Source of the DNA: Candidatus Bathyarchaeota archaeon
Lineage (GTDB): Archaea; Thermoproteota; Bathyarchaeia; Bathyarchaeales; Bathycorpusculaceae
Direction: 5' to 3'
Assembly: GCA_963772455.1 (NCBI GenBank)
Contig: CAVYXJ010000010.1
Span: forward strand, 384,001-448,000
DNA length: 64,000 nt
The notes below the pieces were generated by a model. The model searched no databases. It had not been told where the DNA came from and saw nothing but the letters and a program-made list of their open reading frames with translations. A program made the position numbers and the translations under genes. Below, one piece after another: positions 1-9,870 of this stretch (position 1 is the stretch's first letter; each line of letters opens with the position of its first letter).

Positions 1-184
1 TATTTAGTGGATACATGTTAGTAATGCTTAAAAATAATTTTACTGGTAAATTGGAGATAGTATACCCCTCTCGGCGCCAATTTACGGGTAAAGTACTTCA
101 GTTTTTCGCCACAAATAAATGAAATTAAAAATTATTTGCACCTGCATTAGCATACGCAAGTAAAAAAAAATGTTTTTATCATTG

Positions 185-1120
185 CTATGCAGTGCCTTTT
201 CTGAAAAATGCGGAAGCTTTCATCGCTGCCATGGCTCCCTCTCCTGCTGCAGTAACAACTTGCATCCCCCCGCAAGTGCAATCCCCTGCTGCAAAAACGC
301 CCTCTATGTTAGTCCTTTGCTGTCGATCAACAGTTAGGCAACCGGTTCTATCGGTAGTTATTCCTGCGCTTTTCACTATTGATGTCATCGGTACCCCGCC
401 CAGAGAAACAAAGACTCCGTTTGCAGCCTTTTCTGTTGCTTGTTTAGCGTCATATTCGAGAATTTTTACAGCTTTAACAACCTGGTCACCTATAATTTCA
501 GTAACTTGGCCCTTAATGATTTCAATATTAGATTTACTTTGAATTCTTGCCAGCAAGGTGCCTTCTATGTCAACCTCTCTTTCATGGGTAACCAACGTTA
601 TCTTGCTTGTAACATCAGCCAATGACAATGCATCAATGGCTGCTTCTTCGCCATTTCCCACAATTACCACTACTTTATTCCTGAAGAATGGTCCATCACA
701 GACAGCACAATAACTGACTCCGCGACCCAGAAAATCTGTCTCGCCAGGTACCCTAAGTTTTCGTCTCTGCGTTCCTGTAGCGATAATGATTGTTGAGGCT
801 TCATAGGTTTGTTTTCGGGAGACAACTTTTTTCATTTCACCCTTCAAATCCAGACCGACAACTTCCTCGTCAATTTTGAATTCTGCATGGAAACGGGTTG
901 CTTGCTGGGTCATTTTGTCAGACAATTCGCTACCCTTAATGCCTTCTGGAAAGCCTGGGAAATTCTCTATTTTTGGAGCCAACCATGCCCTACCGCCTGT
1001 GATTCCTGATTCTAAAACAACGGTTTTTAATCCCAGCCAAGCCGAATATATCGCAGCGGTTAGACCGGCAGGTCCAGCTCCAATGATTAAAGTATCGCAC
1101 TTTTGGATTTTTTCGCTCAT
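185..1120 (-). CDS. trxB: Thioredoxin reductase (FAD/NADPH disulfide reductase)
   Basis: GAGPAG FAD motif, GRGVSYCAVCDG redox CxxC, GVFAAGD C-terminal motif. Confidence 0.92.
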   Translation of the reverse strand: MSEKIQKCDTLIIGAGPAGLTAAIYSAWLGLKTVVLESGITGGRAWLAPKIENFPGFPEGIKGSELSDKMTQQATRFHAEFKIDEEVVGLDLKGEMKKVVSRKQTYEASTIIIATGTQRRKLRVPGETDFLGRGVSYCAVCDGPFFRNKVVVIVGNGEEAAIDALSLADVTSKITLVTHEREVDIEGTLLARIQSKSNIEIIKGQVTEIIGDQVVKAVKILEYDAKQATEKAANGVFVSLGGVPMTSIVKSAGITTDRTGCLTVDRQQRTNIEGVFAAGDCTCGGMQVVTAAGEGAMAAMKASAFFRKGTA

Positions 1121-1212
1121 AATAAACCCTCAACAAAAAGTAAGCACTATCTAGAAAATAATTTGTTAACTAAAATCTTTCGGATAACTAAATAAAGTAG
1201 AATTTAGAAAAA

Positions 1213-1563
1213 TTACTCATCATCAACTTTGAGGAAGCGTTTTATGGTTGCCATAATCTCTTGCAATCCCTTGGCTGACAATGGGGGATTATATGGAATC
1301 CTTAACACATCCCAACCTTGCTTTATTAGTAAGTCAGTGATTTCTTCGTCGCGTTCAATTGCTTTGTCTTTTTTATGTACCGGCATGCCATCTAAATAGA
1401 TGATTTTGCGTTTTTCCATCCAACAAAAATCTGGAATAGTTGATTTTAAAATGATTTGTTGCTGTGTTACCATGCCGCGAGTTAATCCAGACTCGCTTAA
1501 AGACTTGAAAACTTCGATTTCTGCTCTGCTAACTGTTGGATGCATGCGTTCTTTATAACTCAA
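1213..1563 (-). CDS. DUF559/Vsr-like small PD-(D/E)XK endonuclease
   Basis: SRAE...PDF...IYLDG..H...RDEEITDLLIKQGWDVLRI pattern typical of Vsr/DUF559. Confidence 0.7.
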   Translation of the reverse strand: MSYKERMHPTVSRAEIEVFKSLSESGLTRGMVTQQQIILKSTIPDFCWMEKRKIIYLDGMPVHKKDKAIERDEEITDLLIKQGWDVLRIPYNPPLSAKGLQEIMATIKRFLKVDDE

Positions 1564-1657
1564 ATTGACTCACGAAAGAAAGCATAACATTTGACCCTTA
1601 ATAAATTATATATAAAAAATCAAATAATACCTTATCTAAAATCATAACCAAAATTAG

Positions 1658-1768
1658 GCTTGACGGATCGCCAGTTGTTAACCCAAGACGCGATCAAAAG
1701 CAGTCCCCTAATCCTTCTTTAGGGGGCATAAACGATCCACATCATGGTTAACGGCTGACCCGTCAAGC
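1658..1768. ncRNA. Candidate structured ncRNA (111-nt rod-like hairpin)
   Basis: gcttgacgg/ccgtcaagc closing stem, cagttgttaacc/ggttaacggctg, gatc/gatc and cccctaa/ttagggg nested stems; GC-rich within an AT-rich intergenic region. Confidence 0.5.
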
Positions 1769-1934
1769 GTGGGTGTACCTCTTGGATGGCTATTTCTCGC
1801 AAATAAACAACTATTAGCCAACTATAAATGGAATTGTGGGTGTGTCCAGGTGACAACAAACATTAAGCTATTCCAAGAAATTTTCTGAAATAGAAATAGA
1901 AAGAAAAATTCAAACTCAATTTTTCATTTGATAG

Positions 1935-4364
1935 TTACTCGATTTTCTTTTGTTGAGTTTGCCCAGCTGGATATTCTCTAAGTTTGTCCGCCATCTCTTT
2001 TAGGTGCTTATCCACAAGGTAATTTACTGTGCCTTCTTCGAAGGTTCCATCTGCTTGCCTCTGGCCACCTTTTAATCCCGTAAGTACTTCAATGCCTTCA
2101 TCGATGGTTTTAACTGAGTAAACTTTGAATTTGCCCGTATTTACTGCTTCCACGACTTCTTCTTTAAGCATCAGATTTTGAACGTTGCTGTCAGGAATCA
2201 TTACGCCTTGTTCACCCGTTAATCCTTTGGCTTTGCAGACTTCAAAGAAACCTTCGATTTTTTCATTTACGCCGCCAATAGCTTGTACTTCTCCTTTTTG
2301 GTTAACTGATCCAGTAACTGCTATGTTCTGTTTTATTGGTAATCCGCTAAGCGATGACATAATACAGTATAGCTCGGTGCTTGAAGCGCTGTCACCTTCG
2401 ACGCCTTCATAGTTCTGTTCAAAAACTAGTCGAGCTGAAAGACTTAGAGGTTTGTCTTTGGCGTATTTATCATTTAAGTAACCGCTGAGAATCAAGACGC
2501 CTTTAGTATGGATTGGTCCACCCATTTTTGCTTCTCTTTCAATGTCTATAATGCCTTCTCGGCCCAAACCAATACTGACTGTAACGCGGGAGGGCATACC
2601 AAAAGCGAAGTCTCCTAACCCCATAACTGACAAACCGTTAACTTGCCCAACTTTCTGGTCAACTGTGTCAATTAAGAAAAAGCCACGAGTAATCATTTCT
2701 TGAATTTTTTCTTGAATCAGCTTTGAGCGATAGATTTTTTCTTCTATAGCCTTTTTGACGTGTTCCCCACTTATGAATTCAGAGTTATCTTGCGAAGCGT
2801 AATAGTTTGACTCCCGAAGAATATCGGCAATAGCAGAGAATTGTGTAGATAACTTATATTGATCCTCAATTATCCTTGAGCTATACTCAACTATTTTTGC
2901 TAAACCAGCACCATCAAGATGTTTGAGATTTTCTTTTTCGCAAAGACCACAAACGAAAGCCGCATACTGCTGAACTTTTTCGTCGGTTCTGGGCATAGTT
3001 GTGTCGAATTCTGCTTTTATTTTAAAGAGTTCTTGGAAATCAGGATCCAAGCTAAACATCATTTGATAGAGGTAAGAAGTTCCTATTAGAATAATTTTGG
3101 TCGTTAATGGAATTGGTTGGGGCTTAAGGGTTTTTACACTTAGGAATCCGTAGCGTTCTTCTGGTTCTTCAATTGACATTTTTTCGTCTCTGATGTCGCG
3201 TTTTAAACCGTCGTAGGAGAATGGATTTCGCAGCAAATCTTCGACAGGTATGATGAGGTATCCACCGTTAGCTCTATGTATTGATCCTGCTCGAATCATG
3301 CTAAAGTCAGTTGTGAGGGCGCCGAATTGAGCTTCTTTCTCTGTTCTGCCAAGCAAATTATGATATGTTGGGTTGGTCTCTACAACTACTGGGGCGCCTG
3401 TGCTGTTGGAATTATCGATGACTAGGTTTACTTCATATTTTTTGTAAGGTTCTTCTCTCATCCAGGGCATTGGAAAAGGAAACTGCTGTTCGGGTTCACC
3501 TCTCCTAATGAACTGCTGCAGATTTTCTAAAATATCATTTTCTACCTCTTTAAGGTAAGTTGTAACTTCAGAATAAACCCGATATTTGTCTGCAAGACCC
3601 TCCATCTGGTTTCCCAAGGCATAGAGGGCAACTTCCTTGTTTAGTTTCTTTAAAGCTTCATGGATTTTACGTTCCATATCGATTAATTGCCGCATTGTGG
3701 TTCGAAATTCTGATTCTAATGCTTCTCTTTTCTCATTAAATTTATCCTTTATTTTTTGGGGGAGCGCCAACAATTCTTCATCGCTAAGTGGTTTACCATC
3801 TAAAACTGGAACCAGCAGAATACCGATGGGGGTGGTTTGAATAACGAATCCTTCACTTTGAGCTTTGATGCTTAATTCGTTGATTAATTGTTTACGTTGA
3901 TTTTCCAACTCTTTAATTGTTGCTTCTCTTTTGGCAACGTAGTCGTCGCTTTCAAAAGCTTTCGGAAGCGCAGTTTTTGCATTCTCAATGAAGTTTTTGA
4001 GGTCTTCACGGAATTCTTTACCTTTTCCTGCCTGCAACTTTATTGCTTTTGGCTCATATTGATTGCTAAAATTGTTGACATAGCACCAGTCAGGTGGAAC
4101 AGGCTGGGTTTTAGCTTGAGCTTCTACAAAGTTTTTAACTGCAGTTTTTCTCCCTGTTCCAGGGTAACCCGCAACATATACATTAAATCCGTGATTTTTT
4201 ATACCTAATCCGAATTTTAAGGCTCTGACAGCTCTTTCTTGACCGATGATTTCGCTAAGTGGAATTAGGTCTTTGGTCGAGTTGCAATGCATAAAATCAG
4301 AATTACAAATATTCCGTAGTTTCTCTACTGGTAACTGGTTAATCAAATTAAAAATCTCCTGCAA
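1935..4364 (-). CDS. Lon-like protease (LonC/AAA_32 type with Lon_C domain)
   Basis: IGQERA, HRANGGYL, GQVNGL, EGDSASSTE (catalytic Ser) and NEKIEGF (catalytic Lys); true start may be slightly downstream (~4346). Confidence 0.88.
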   Translation of the reverse strand: MQEIFNLINQLPVEKLRNICNSDFMHCNSTKDLIPLSEIIGQERAVRALKFGLGIKNHGFNVYVAGYPGTGRKTAVKNFVEAQAKTQPVPPDWCYVNNFSNQYEPKAIKLQAGKGKEFREDLKNFIENAKTALPKAFESDDYVAKREATIKELENQRKQLINELSIKAQSEGFVIQTTPIGILLVPVLDGKPLSDEELLALPQKIKDKFNEKREALESEFRTTMRQLIDMERKIHEALKKLNKEVALYALGNQMEGLADKYRVYSEVTTYLKEVENDILENLQQFIRRGEPEQQFPFPMPWMREEPYKKYEVNLVIDNSNSTGAPVVVETNPTYHNLLGRTEKEAQFGALTTDFSMIRAGSIHRANGGYLIIPVEDLLRNPFSYDGLKRDIRDEKMSIEEPEERYGFLSVKTLKPQPIPLTTKIILIGTSYLYQMMFSLDPDFQELFKIKAEFDTTMPRTDEKVQQYAAFVCGLCEKENLKHLDGAGLAKIVEYSSRIIEDQYKLSTQFSAIADILRESNYYASQDNSEFISGEHVKKAIEEKIYRSKLIQEKIQEMITRGFFLIDTVDQKVGQVNGLSVMGLGDFAFGMPSRVTVSIGLGREGIIDIEREAKMGGPIHTKGVLILSGYLNDKYAKDKPLSLSARLVFEQNYEGVEGDSASSTELYCIMSSLSGLPIKQNIAVTGSVNQKGEVQAIGGVNEKIEGFFEVCKAKGLTGEQGVMIPDSNVQNLMLKEEVVEAVNTGKFKVYSVKTIDEGIEVLTGLKGGQRQADGTFEEGTVNYLVDKHLKEMADKLREYPAGQTQQKKIE

Positions 4365-4438
4365 ACTACTCTAGAAAACTCGCTTTTAACTTTTAACTGT
4401 TTCTGCCAAGCGGCAACACGCTAAAGTTATTGTTCGGA

Positions 4439-4681
4439 TTACATTAACGATTGAACTCTGCCTACTTTGCCATCTACTAGACGAACTTTGATTCCGTGTG
4501 GATGCGTTGGGCTGCTGGTTAGTAATTCTTTAACGATGCCCTCGGTTAATTTTCCGCTTTTCTGGTCCTGCTTCAACACAATTCTTACGTGGACGCCCGG
4601 CTTGATTTGGATTCTTGAAGGCTGCATTTGCTTTAATGCATACATTCGGGGCTTATTTGCATTCGCATGAATTAAATTCAA
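4439..4681 (-). CDS. YwbE/DUF2196 family protein
   Basis: IVLKQDQKSGKLTEG...LLTSSPTHPHGIKVRLVDGKVGRV signature. Confidence 0.85.
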   Translation of the reverse strand: MNLIHANANKPRMYALKQMQPSRIQIKPGVHVRIVLKQDQKSGKLTEGIVKELLTSSPTHPHGIKVRLVDGKVGRVQSLM

Positions 4682-4694
4682 ATGTTCTTAGAAT

Positions 4695-5243
4695 TTAGAA
4701 CACAAATTGTATGAATTTCTTTATAATTTCTTGGTTTCTTACCTCAGGATGAAATAAGACTCCAAAGATGTCCTTTTGTTTGTGTTTTATTGCTTGAATA
4801 CATTTTGTGGACTCAGCTAGAACTTCGAAAGTTTTGGGTTCTTTGATTGAGTAGTTATGGAGTACATATGCTTTGAAATCGCCTTGGAACAAGGGGTTTT
4901 CTTTAAGGGTTGAAATTTCAGCCATTCCAATCTGCACGCATCTAACCAACGGTTCATCGAAGAGTAGACTGATAGTTTGCATACCAGCGCAAATGCCCAG
5001 AATCGGCTTGCCGCATGTCTTAATCCACGTGAACTTGTCCACTTGTTTCAAAGTTGCGTGGTCTTTTAATGCAGTTCCGGAAAGCACAATTTTTCTGTAA
5101 CAACTTAGTTCTGCAGGTTCAATGTCCAAAAAATGTTTAATCCTGAATTCTTCAACTGGTCGGACAACTGCAACAATTGGCAAAACAAACTCGTTAAACG
5201 ACAACGAATCTTTTTTCCAGTTCATATCAACAATAAGAATCAT
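4695..5243 (-). CDS. Class I glutamine amidotransferase (GMP synthase subunit A-like)
   Basis: PILGICAGMQ nucleophile elbow and GVLFHPE catalytic His-Glu. Confidence 0.85.
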   Translation of the reverse strand: MILIVDMNWKKDSLSFNEFVLPIVAVVRPVEEFRIKHFLDIEPAELSCYRKIVLSGTALKDHATLKQVDKFTWIKTCGKPILGICAGMQTISLLFDEPLVRCVQIGMAEISTLKENPLFQGDFKAYVLHNYSIKEPKTFEVLAESTKCIQAIKHKQKDIFGVLFHPEVRNQEIIKKFIQFVF

Positions 5244-5920
5244 TTGGGAATCAGCCTTGCCTGCTTAATAATGAAGTTTCCGCAGTTGCCCTTAGCTTCA
5301 GTAGTGCAACTAACAATTTCAATTTTCTGCTTAAAGAGTGGTGCATCCAAAACGGTAGTCTCTATCTCTCCGCCTTCACCTGAGGGGCTAATGCCATATT
5401 GACCCTGAAGCTGAACCAATCGGGCTATCACAAGTGGATCTATTCGCGCTCCAAGCCATCTTTCGTCAAGTGGATACGCGAAAACACCAGAAATAATTAT
5501 CTCAAAATTCTTTGCAACAAGTGTTTTTAGAAGCACTTGTTGGTCATATTTCCAAAGAGGGTTAAAGCACCAAACATCAAGATGATTGCAAATTCGTTGA
5601 ACCCTTGAAGCCTGATATACCGATTCTAAAGCCCCAGTAACTACACCTTCGATTTGGAATTTTTCTTTCGCTTTGGCAATCGCCACCTCCAAATCAATCA
5701 GTTCCTCCTCTTTCTTCCCCTCCGAAACTAACGAAACCAACGGCAACTCCATTGCCTTGGCTTGAAGCTCTGTCACTTCAATATTCGGAGTATGGAACAT
5801 GTAACTTTCCTTATTTTTAGAAACCACGGTGATTAAACAGCTTACTTCTTCTTTTTCTGCCGCTAAATGCAGAGCAAACGTCGAATCCTTGCCGCCGGAA
5901 AATAATACTCCAAGTCGCAT
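5240..5920 (-). CDS. dph6: Diphthine--ammonia ligase (Dph6, PP-loop ATPase)
   Basis: MRLGVLFSGGKDS PP-loop, SYMFHTPN, GEGGEIET; ATG at 5920 chosen. Confidence 0.88.
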   Translation of the reverse strand: MRLGVLFSGGKDSTFALHLAAEKEEVSCLITVVSKNKESYMFHTPNIEVTELQAKAMELPLVSLVSEGKKEEELIDLEVAIAKAKEKFQIEGVVTGALESVYQASRVQRICNHLDVWCFNPLWKYDQQVLLKTLVAKNFEIIISGVFAYPLDERWLGARIDPLVIARLVQLQGQYGISPSGEGGEIETTVLDAPLFKQKIEIVSCTTEAKGNCGNFIIKQARLIPK

Positions 5921-5973
5921 GAGCAGTTTAAAGAAAAAAGGTTGTTTATATTTCTGCTTGAAAACCCTTTTTC

Positions 5974-7164
5974 TTACACTTTCACGTCGCAAACATTATC
6001 GATTTTCTTTAAAATCTCAAGAACCTTACGATCAACTTTCTTATGCAAAACGTAAACCGAGATAGCATAGCCACTTTTTCCAATTTGCCGCGAATAATTC
6101 GCCCGAATGTTGATGTCGTTATCAGCTAAGACTTTATCGATGTTTGCGAAAACTCCTGGAACATCTCGATGATGGATGAAAAGGGTATGGACGGTTTTCT
6201 CTTCCAATTCGATACTTTCGCCAGCGTTCACTGCGTTAGTGAAGTCTCCACCTAAAAGATAACTTGAGACAACGCGAGCAATCTCAGTGGAGGTTTCCCT
6301 TTGGGCTTCAGTCGTTGATGCGCCAAGGTGACTACTTAAAACTATATTGTCAAGTTCTTTGAGTTGGTCTTTGAATTCGGCACCCTCCGTTTTCGGTTCT
6401 TCAACATAGACGTCAGTTGCAGCACCAGCGATTTTCCCTTCTTTAAGGGCTTTGTAGAGTGCTTGTTGGTTAATGTTGCTGCCTCGGGAAGTATTAATCA
6501 CAAAAGCAGTAGGCTTCATTAATGCGAATTCTTTTTCTCCGAGTATTGCTTCTTTGCCGCCCGTGTGGATACTAATGTAATCTGCTTTTGCAAGCACTTC
6601 CTCTTTAGTCATGAATTTTATGCCGGATTCAAGGCAGGGTTTAATGTCGTGGCCAATGATTTCCATTTCAAAGCCACGTTTAGCGATTTGAGCAACCTTT
6701 TGCCCGATTCTACCACAACCCAAAAGTCCCAAAGTTTTGTATGCAAGTTCGGTGCCTTTGAGTTTATCCTTTTTCCAAACTCCATTTTTCAAAGAGAAAT
6801 GAGTTTGAGGAGTCTTTCTTGAGATGCTGAGCATTAAACCAATAGTTAACTCCGCAACTGCATTGGTGCTTCCATAAGGTGCAATTTTTACAACTATGCC
6901 AAACTCGCAAGCCGCGGCAGCATCAATGTTATCAAAGCCAACGCCCGCTCTTCCAACAATTTTGAGCTTACCTTTGGCACCAGCTTCCAAAACCTCTCGT
7001 GTAACCTTCGTAGCGCTTCTAACAACTAACGCATCAAACTGACCAATATCAGCTATAAGCGCAGATAAGTCTCTTTTTTTAGTGTCAGTTTCCACGCCAG
7101 CGTCTTGAAAGATTTTTAAGCCTTCTTTCTCTAAACCGTCATTCAATAATACCTTCATGCTCAA
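5974..7164 (-). CDS. serA: D-3-phosphoglycerate dehydrogenase with C-terminal ACT domain
   Basis: VRSATKV, GRAGVGFDNID, GCGRIG, SHLGASTTEAQ, HRDVPGV ACT domain. Confidence 0.88.
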   Translation of the reverse strand: MSMKVLLNDGLEKEGLKIFQDAGVETDTKKRDLSALIADIGQFDALVVRSATKVTREVLEAGAKGKLKIVGRAGVGFDNIDAAAACEFGIVVKIAPYGSTNAVAELTIGLMLSISRKTPQTHFSLKNGVWKKDKLKGTELAYKTLGLLGCGRIGQKVAQIAKRGFEMEIIGHDIKPCLESGIKFMTKEEVLAKADYISIHTGGKEAILGEKEFALMKPTAFVINTSRGSNINQQALYKALKEGKIAGAATDVYVEEPKTEGAEFKDQLKELDNIVLSSHLGASTTEAQRETSTEIARVVSSYLLGGDFTNAVNAGESIELEEKTVHTLFIHHRDVPGVFANIDKVLADNDINIRANYSRQIGKSGYAISVYVLHKKVDRKVLEILKKIDNVCDVKV

Positions 7165-7240
7165 GGTCTCCAGTAAAGATTATTTAAAAAGTTGAAGGAT
7201 GATGTGGATAATAAAGTTCTCTGAAAAAACGTTCTCTTGT

Positions 7241-7552
7241 TTATGCCTTAACCTTGGCTTTCACTGTGTTTCTTGGTTTGCGAACTCTTGTAGATGCTAT
7301 ATCATAAGTTGATTTTACATGGCAGTAAGGGCATTTCAACTGTCGCATATTCCTTTGAATTAATGACGTTATGGTAGCGCCAGGTACCCAATGAAAATTA
7401 AAGGTTTTTCTACAATTTGGGCATGTCAATCTTGAAATGTAATGGGGGCCATACCTTGGAAGAAGAATGAAAATCAATACAAAACCTATAGCTGCAGTTA
7501 AGAATAGAATTGAAAGGAAATCGAAGGTCATGGGTTTCAATGGTAAAAGCAA
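7241..7552 (-). CDS. Hypothetical membrane-anchored zinc-ribbon protein
   Basis: N-terminal hydrophobic helix, CPNC and CPYC pairs. Confidence 0.6.
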   Translation of the reverse strand: MLLPLKPMTFDFLSILFLTAAIGFVLIFILLPRYGPHYISRLTCPNCRKTFNFHWVPGATITSLIQRNMRQLKCPYCHVKSTYDIASTRVRKPRNTVKAKVKA

Positions 7553-7603
7553 AATGTAACTTTATTAATCTTTAGCACGCAAAAAAAGGAAAAGAAAGAA
7601 GGA

Positions 7604-8941
7604 CTACGCCTTTTTGGTGTAGCTTAAAGCTTCTTCGACGTTTTGGAATCCATATTTTACTCCGCTGAACTCCTTCTTAAGCACCAAAATATCCACTTTA
7701 ACTTGGGCTGGAGTGCGTTTACCCTTGATTACATCCAGCATTAGGTCGCAAAGGTGCTTGACATCGCCTTCAGTAAAACCACGGCGAGTTATGTCTTGGA
7801 AACCAACTCGTAATCCCGAGGGGTTTTCCTTGCTGCTTTGATCATCATAGGGAAGCAGGTTTTTGTTAAGGACAATATTTGCATCTTCGAGATCTTGGGC
7901 GATTTTATTGCCGCCGCCATAACTGCGGATATCTAAAGCGATTTGATGACTTTTGGTGAAACCTTTGTTCTCAGCGAGAACTTTTACACCGTTTTCACAG
8001 AGATATTGTCCTGCTGCTTGTGCGTTTTTAACTATTTGTCCAGCTAATTTTTGACCAAAAACCTTCATTTCCAAGGCAGCTATGCCAAGTGCTGGTAATC
8101 TACCTAAATGAGTGCTTGATGCGCTAAGTGGGAAAACTGCGAATTGAATTTTCTTTACAGCTTTCTCCATTGCTGGGCTGTTTGGGCTTCCCATGATTAC
8201 ACCGCCTTGTGGACCAGGGAAGGTTTTATGAGTTGAGGAAGTGATAAAATCTGCACCTTCACGAAGTGGATCTTGGAATTGTCCACCTGCAATTAAACCA
8301 AGTACATGTGAGGCATCATAGGCTATGTATGCACCAACTTCTTCGCAGACCGCTCGCAATTCTTTTATCGGGTGCGGAAATAGGAATAGACTTCCGCCGA
8401 AAGTGACTATCCCCGGTTTTGCAGCTCTGATTACCCAAGCAGATTTTTCTGCGTCAATGTTGAACTCATCAATATTATAAACGTGGTTTATGTTGTCTAA
8501 ACCTAAGATGTTGCCTGCTAAACCTGTATAATCATGACTAATGTGTGCACCACAACTAAGGGGTGTGACAACCATTTTGTTATTCTTTGAAGCTAAAGAC
8601 AAACCCTTGAAAGTCGCCAAGTTCGCATGCGTACCCGAAACTAATCGAACATCTGCCCAAGTACTCTTAAACAAACTCTTCATGATGTCAGTCGCATAAT
8701 CCTCGATTTGCGACATGTACTTTTGCCCTTGATAATACCGCCTCTTAACGTGCCCTTGAGCATCGTTTTCTCCTTCAGCGTACCTGCAATCTAGGTCGTG
8801 TGAGAGATCGAGCATTTGATTGACAGCTGGAGATTTGAGTCCTTCGCTTGCAATCATGTTTATGCATTCTTTTTCACGATATTGTTCGTGTTTTTTTGAT
8901 GCTTCTAGTATGTCTTGGACTAATTCTGGCAGATCTTTCAT
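7604..8941 (-). CDS. glyA: Serine hydroxymethyltransferase
   Basis: INMIASE, RYAEG, YYQG, SSTHKTFPGPQGG PLP-lysine motif. Confidence 0.95.
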   Translation of the reverse strand: MKDLPELVQDILEASKKHEQYREKECINMIASEGLKSPAVNQMLDLSHDLDCRYAEGENDAQGHVKRRYYQGQKYMSQIEDYATDIMKSLFKSTWADVRLVSGTHANLATFKGLSLASKNNKMVVTPLSCGAHISHDYTGLAGNILGLDNINHVYNIDEFNIDAEKSAWVIRAAKPGIVTFGGSLFLFPHPIKELRAVCEEVGAYIAYDASHVLGLIAGGQFQDPLREGADFITSSTHKTFPGPQGGVIMGSPNSPAMEKAVKKIQFAVFPLSASSTHLGRLPALGIAALEMKVFGQKLAGQIVKNAQAAGQYLCENGVKVLAENKGFTKSHQIALDIRSYGGGNKIAQDLEDANIVLNKNLLPYDDQSSKENPSGLRVGFQDITRRGFTEGDVKHLCDLMLDVIKGKRTPAQVKVDILVLKKEFSGVKYGFQNVEEALSYTKKA

Positions 8942-9063
8942 TCTAAACTCTCCGCTGGATAATCAACGGAATTGGTCTTTGCAGTATTTAGCCGTTACTG
9001 GGGCTAGATATGAGTTCACGGGTTGGTGATGCTTTTAATCGTGGTGTTGGATGGATGTTATAT

Positions 9064-9119
9064 TTTAGGCATGCCTAAACATTTATATGGTTCAGAAATC
9101 CAATTTAGGTATACCTAAA
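9064..9119 (+). promoter_or_regulatory. Two DtxR-family operator palindromes flanking the TATA box of the dtxR-feoB operon
   Basis: Perfect 16-bp palindromes TTTAGGCATGCCTAAA (9064-9079) and TTTAGGTATACCTAAA (9104-9119); TTTATA at 9082. Confidence 0.8.
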
Positions 9120-9135
9120 AAAGGGTGTCAAGAAA

Positions 9136-9867
9136 ATGGAGCAAAAAACAACCCAAGACTATCTCAAAGCAATCTACGGTCTATCCAAAAATGGCGACTT
9201 GGTTAGCACTAGCGAAATCTCCCAAAAACTTGACGTTGCCCCAGCTAGCGTAACAGAAATGCTAAAAAAACTCTCTCAAGAAGGCTACATAAAATACTCA
9301 CCATACCACGGAAGCACCCTAAGTGAAAAAGGACTCCAAAAAGCCCAAAAAATAGCTCGCAAACATCGTCTTCTCGAAAAATGGCTCTCAGACGTTTTGC
9401 ACATTGGAAAAGACAAAGTTCACAAAGAAGCATGCCAAATGGAACATGCCTTATCAGACGAAGCAGAAGAATCATTGTGCCGTCTTCTAAAACACCCTGA
9501 CACATGCTCAGACGATGGCAAAATTATTCCAGCATGTGACCTACCCTTCTCGAACTGTGAAGAATGCGTTCAACTACACAACCAAGGACTAGAAGAAGTT
9601 GGAAAACGAAACGCAAACTTAACTCCAATCCGCGAATTAAAAGGAGGCAAATACGGCAAAATCAGCTTTATCCGAGGCGAACACAAAATTCTCCAACGAC
9701 TTTTGGACATGGGGCTAACACCTGGAACACAAATAAAAGTAATTAAAGTCGCACCACTCAACGGACCAGTTGAAGTGTCAGTACGAGGATCCAAATTGGC
9801 TTTGGGACAAGATATCGCCTGCAACGTTTTTGTTGAAATTGATCAACCACTCCTAGAAGGAAAATAA
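9136..9867 (+). CDS. DtxR/MntR-family metal-dependent repressor with C-terminal FeoA domain
   Basis: DYLKAIY, PASVTEMLKKL HTH, RKHRLLE, EACQMEH; RLLDMGLTPG FeoA domain. Confidence 0.92.
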   Translation: MEQKTTQDYLKAIYGLSKNGDLVSTSEISQKLDVAPASVTEMLKKLSQEGYIKYSPYHGSTLSEKGLQKAQKIARKHRLLEKWLSDVLHIGKDKVHKEACQMEHALSDEAEESLCRLLKHPDTCSDDGKIIPACDLPFSNCEECVQLHNQGLEEVGKRNANLTPIRELKGGKYGKISFIRGEHKILQRLLDMGLTPGTQIKVIKVAPLNGPVEVSVRGSKLALGQDIACNVFVEIDQPLLEGK

Positions 9868-9870
9868 TTC

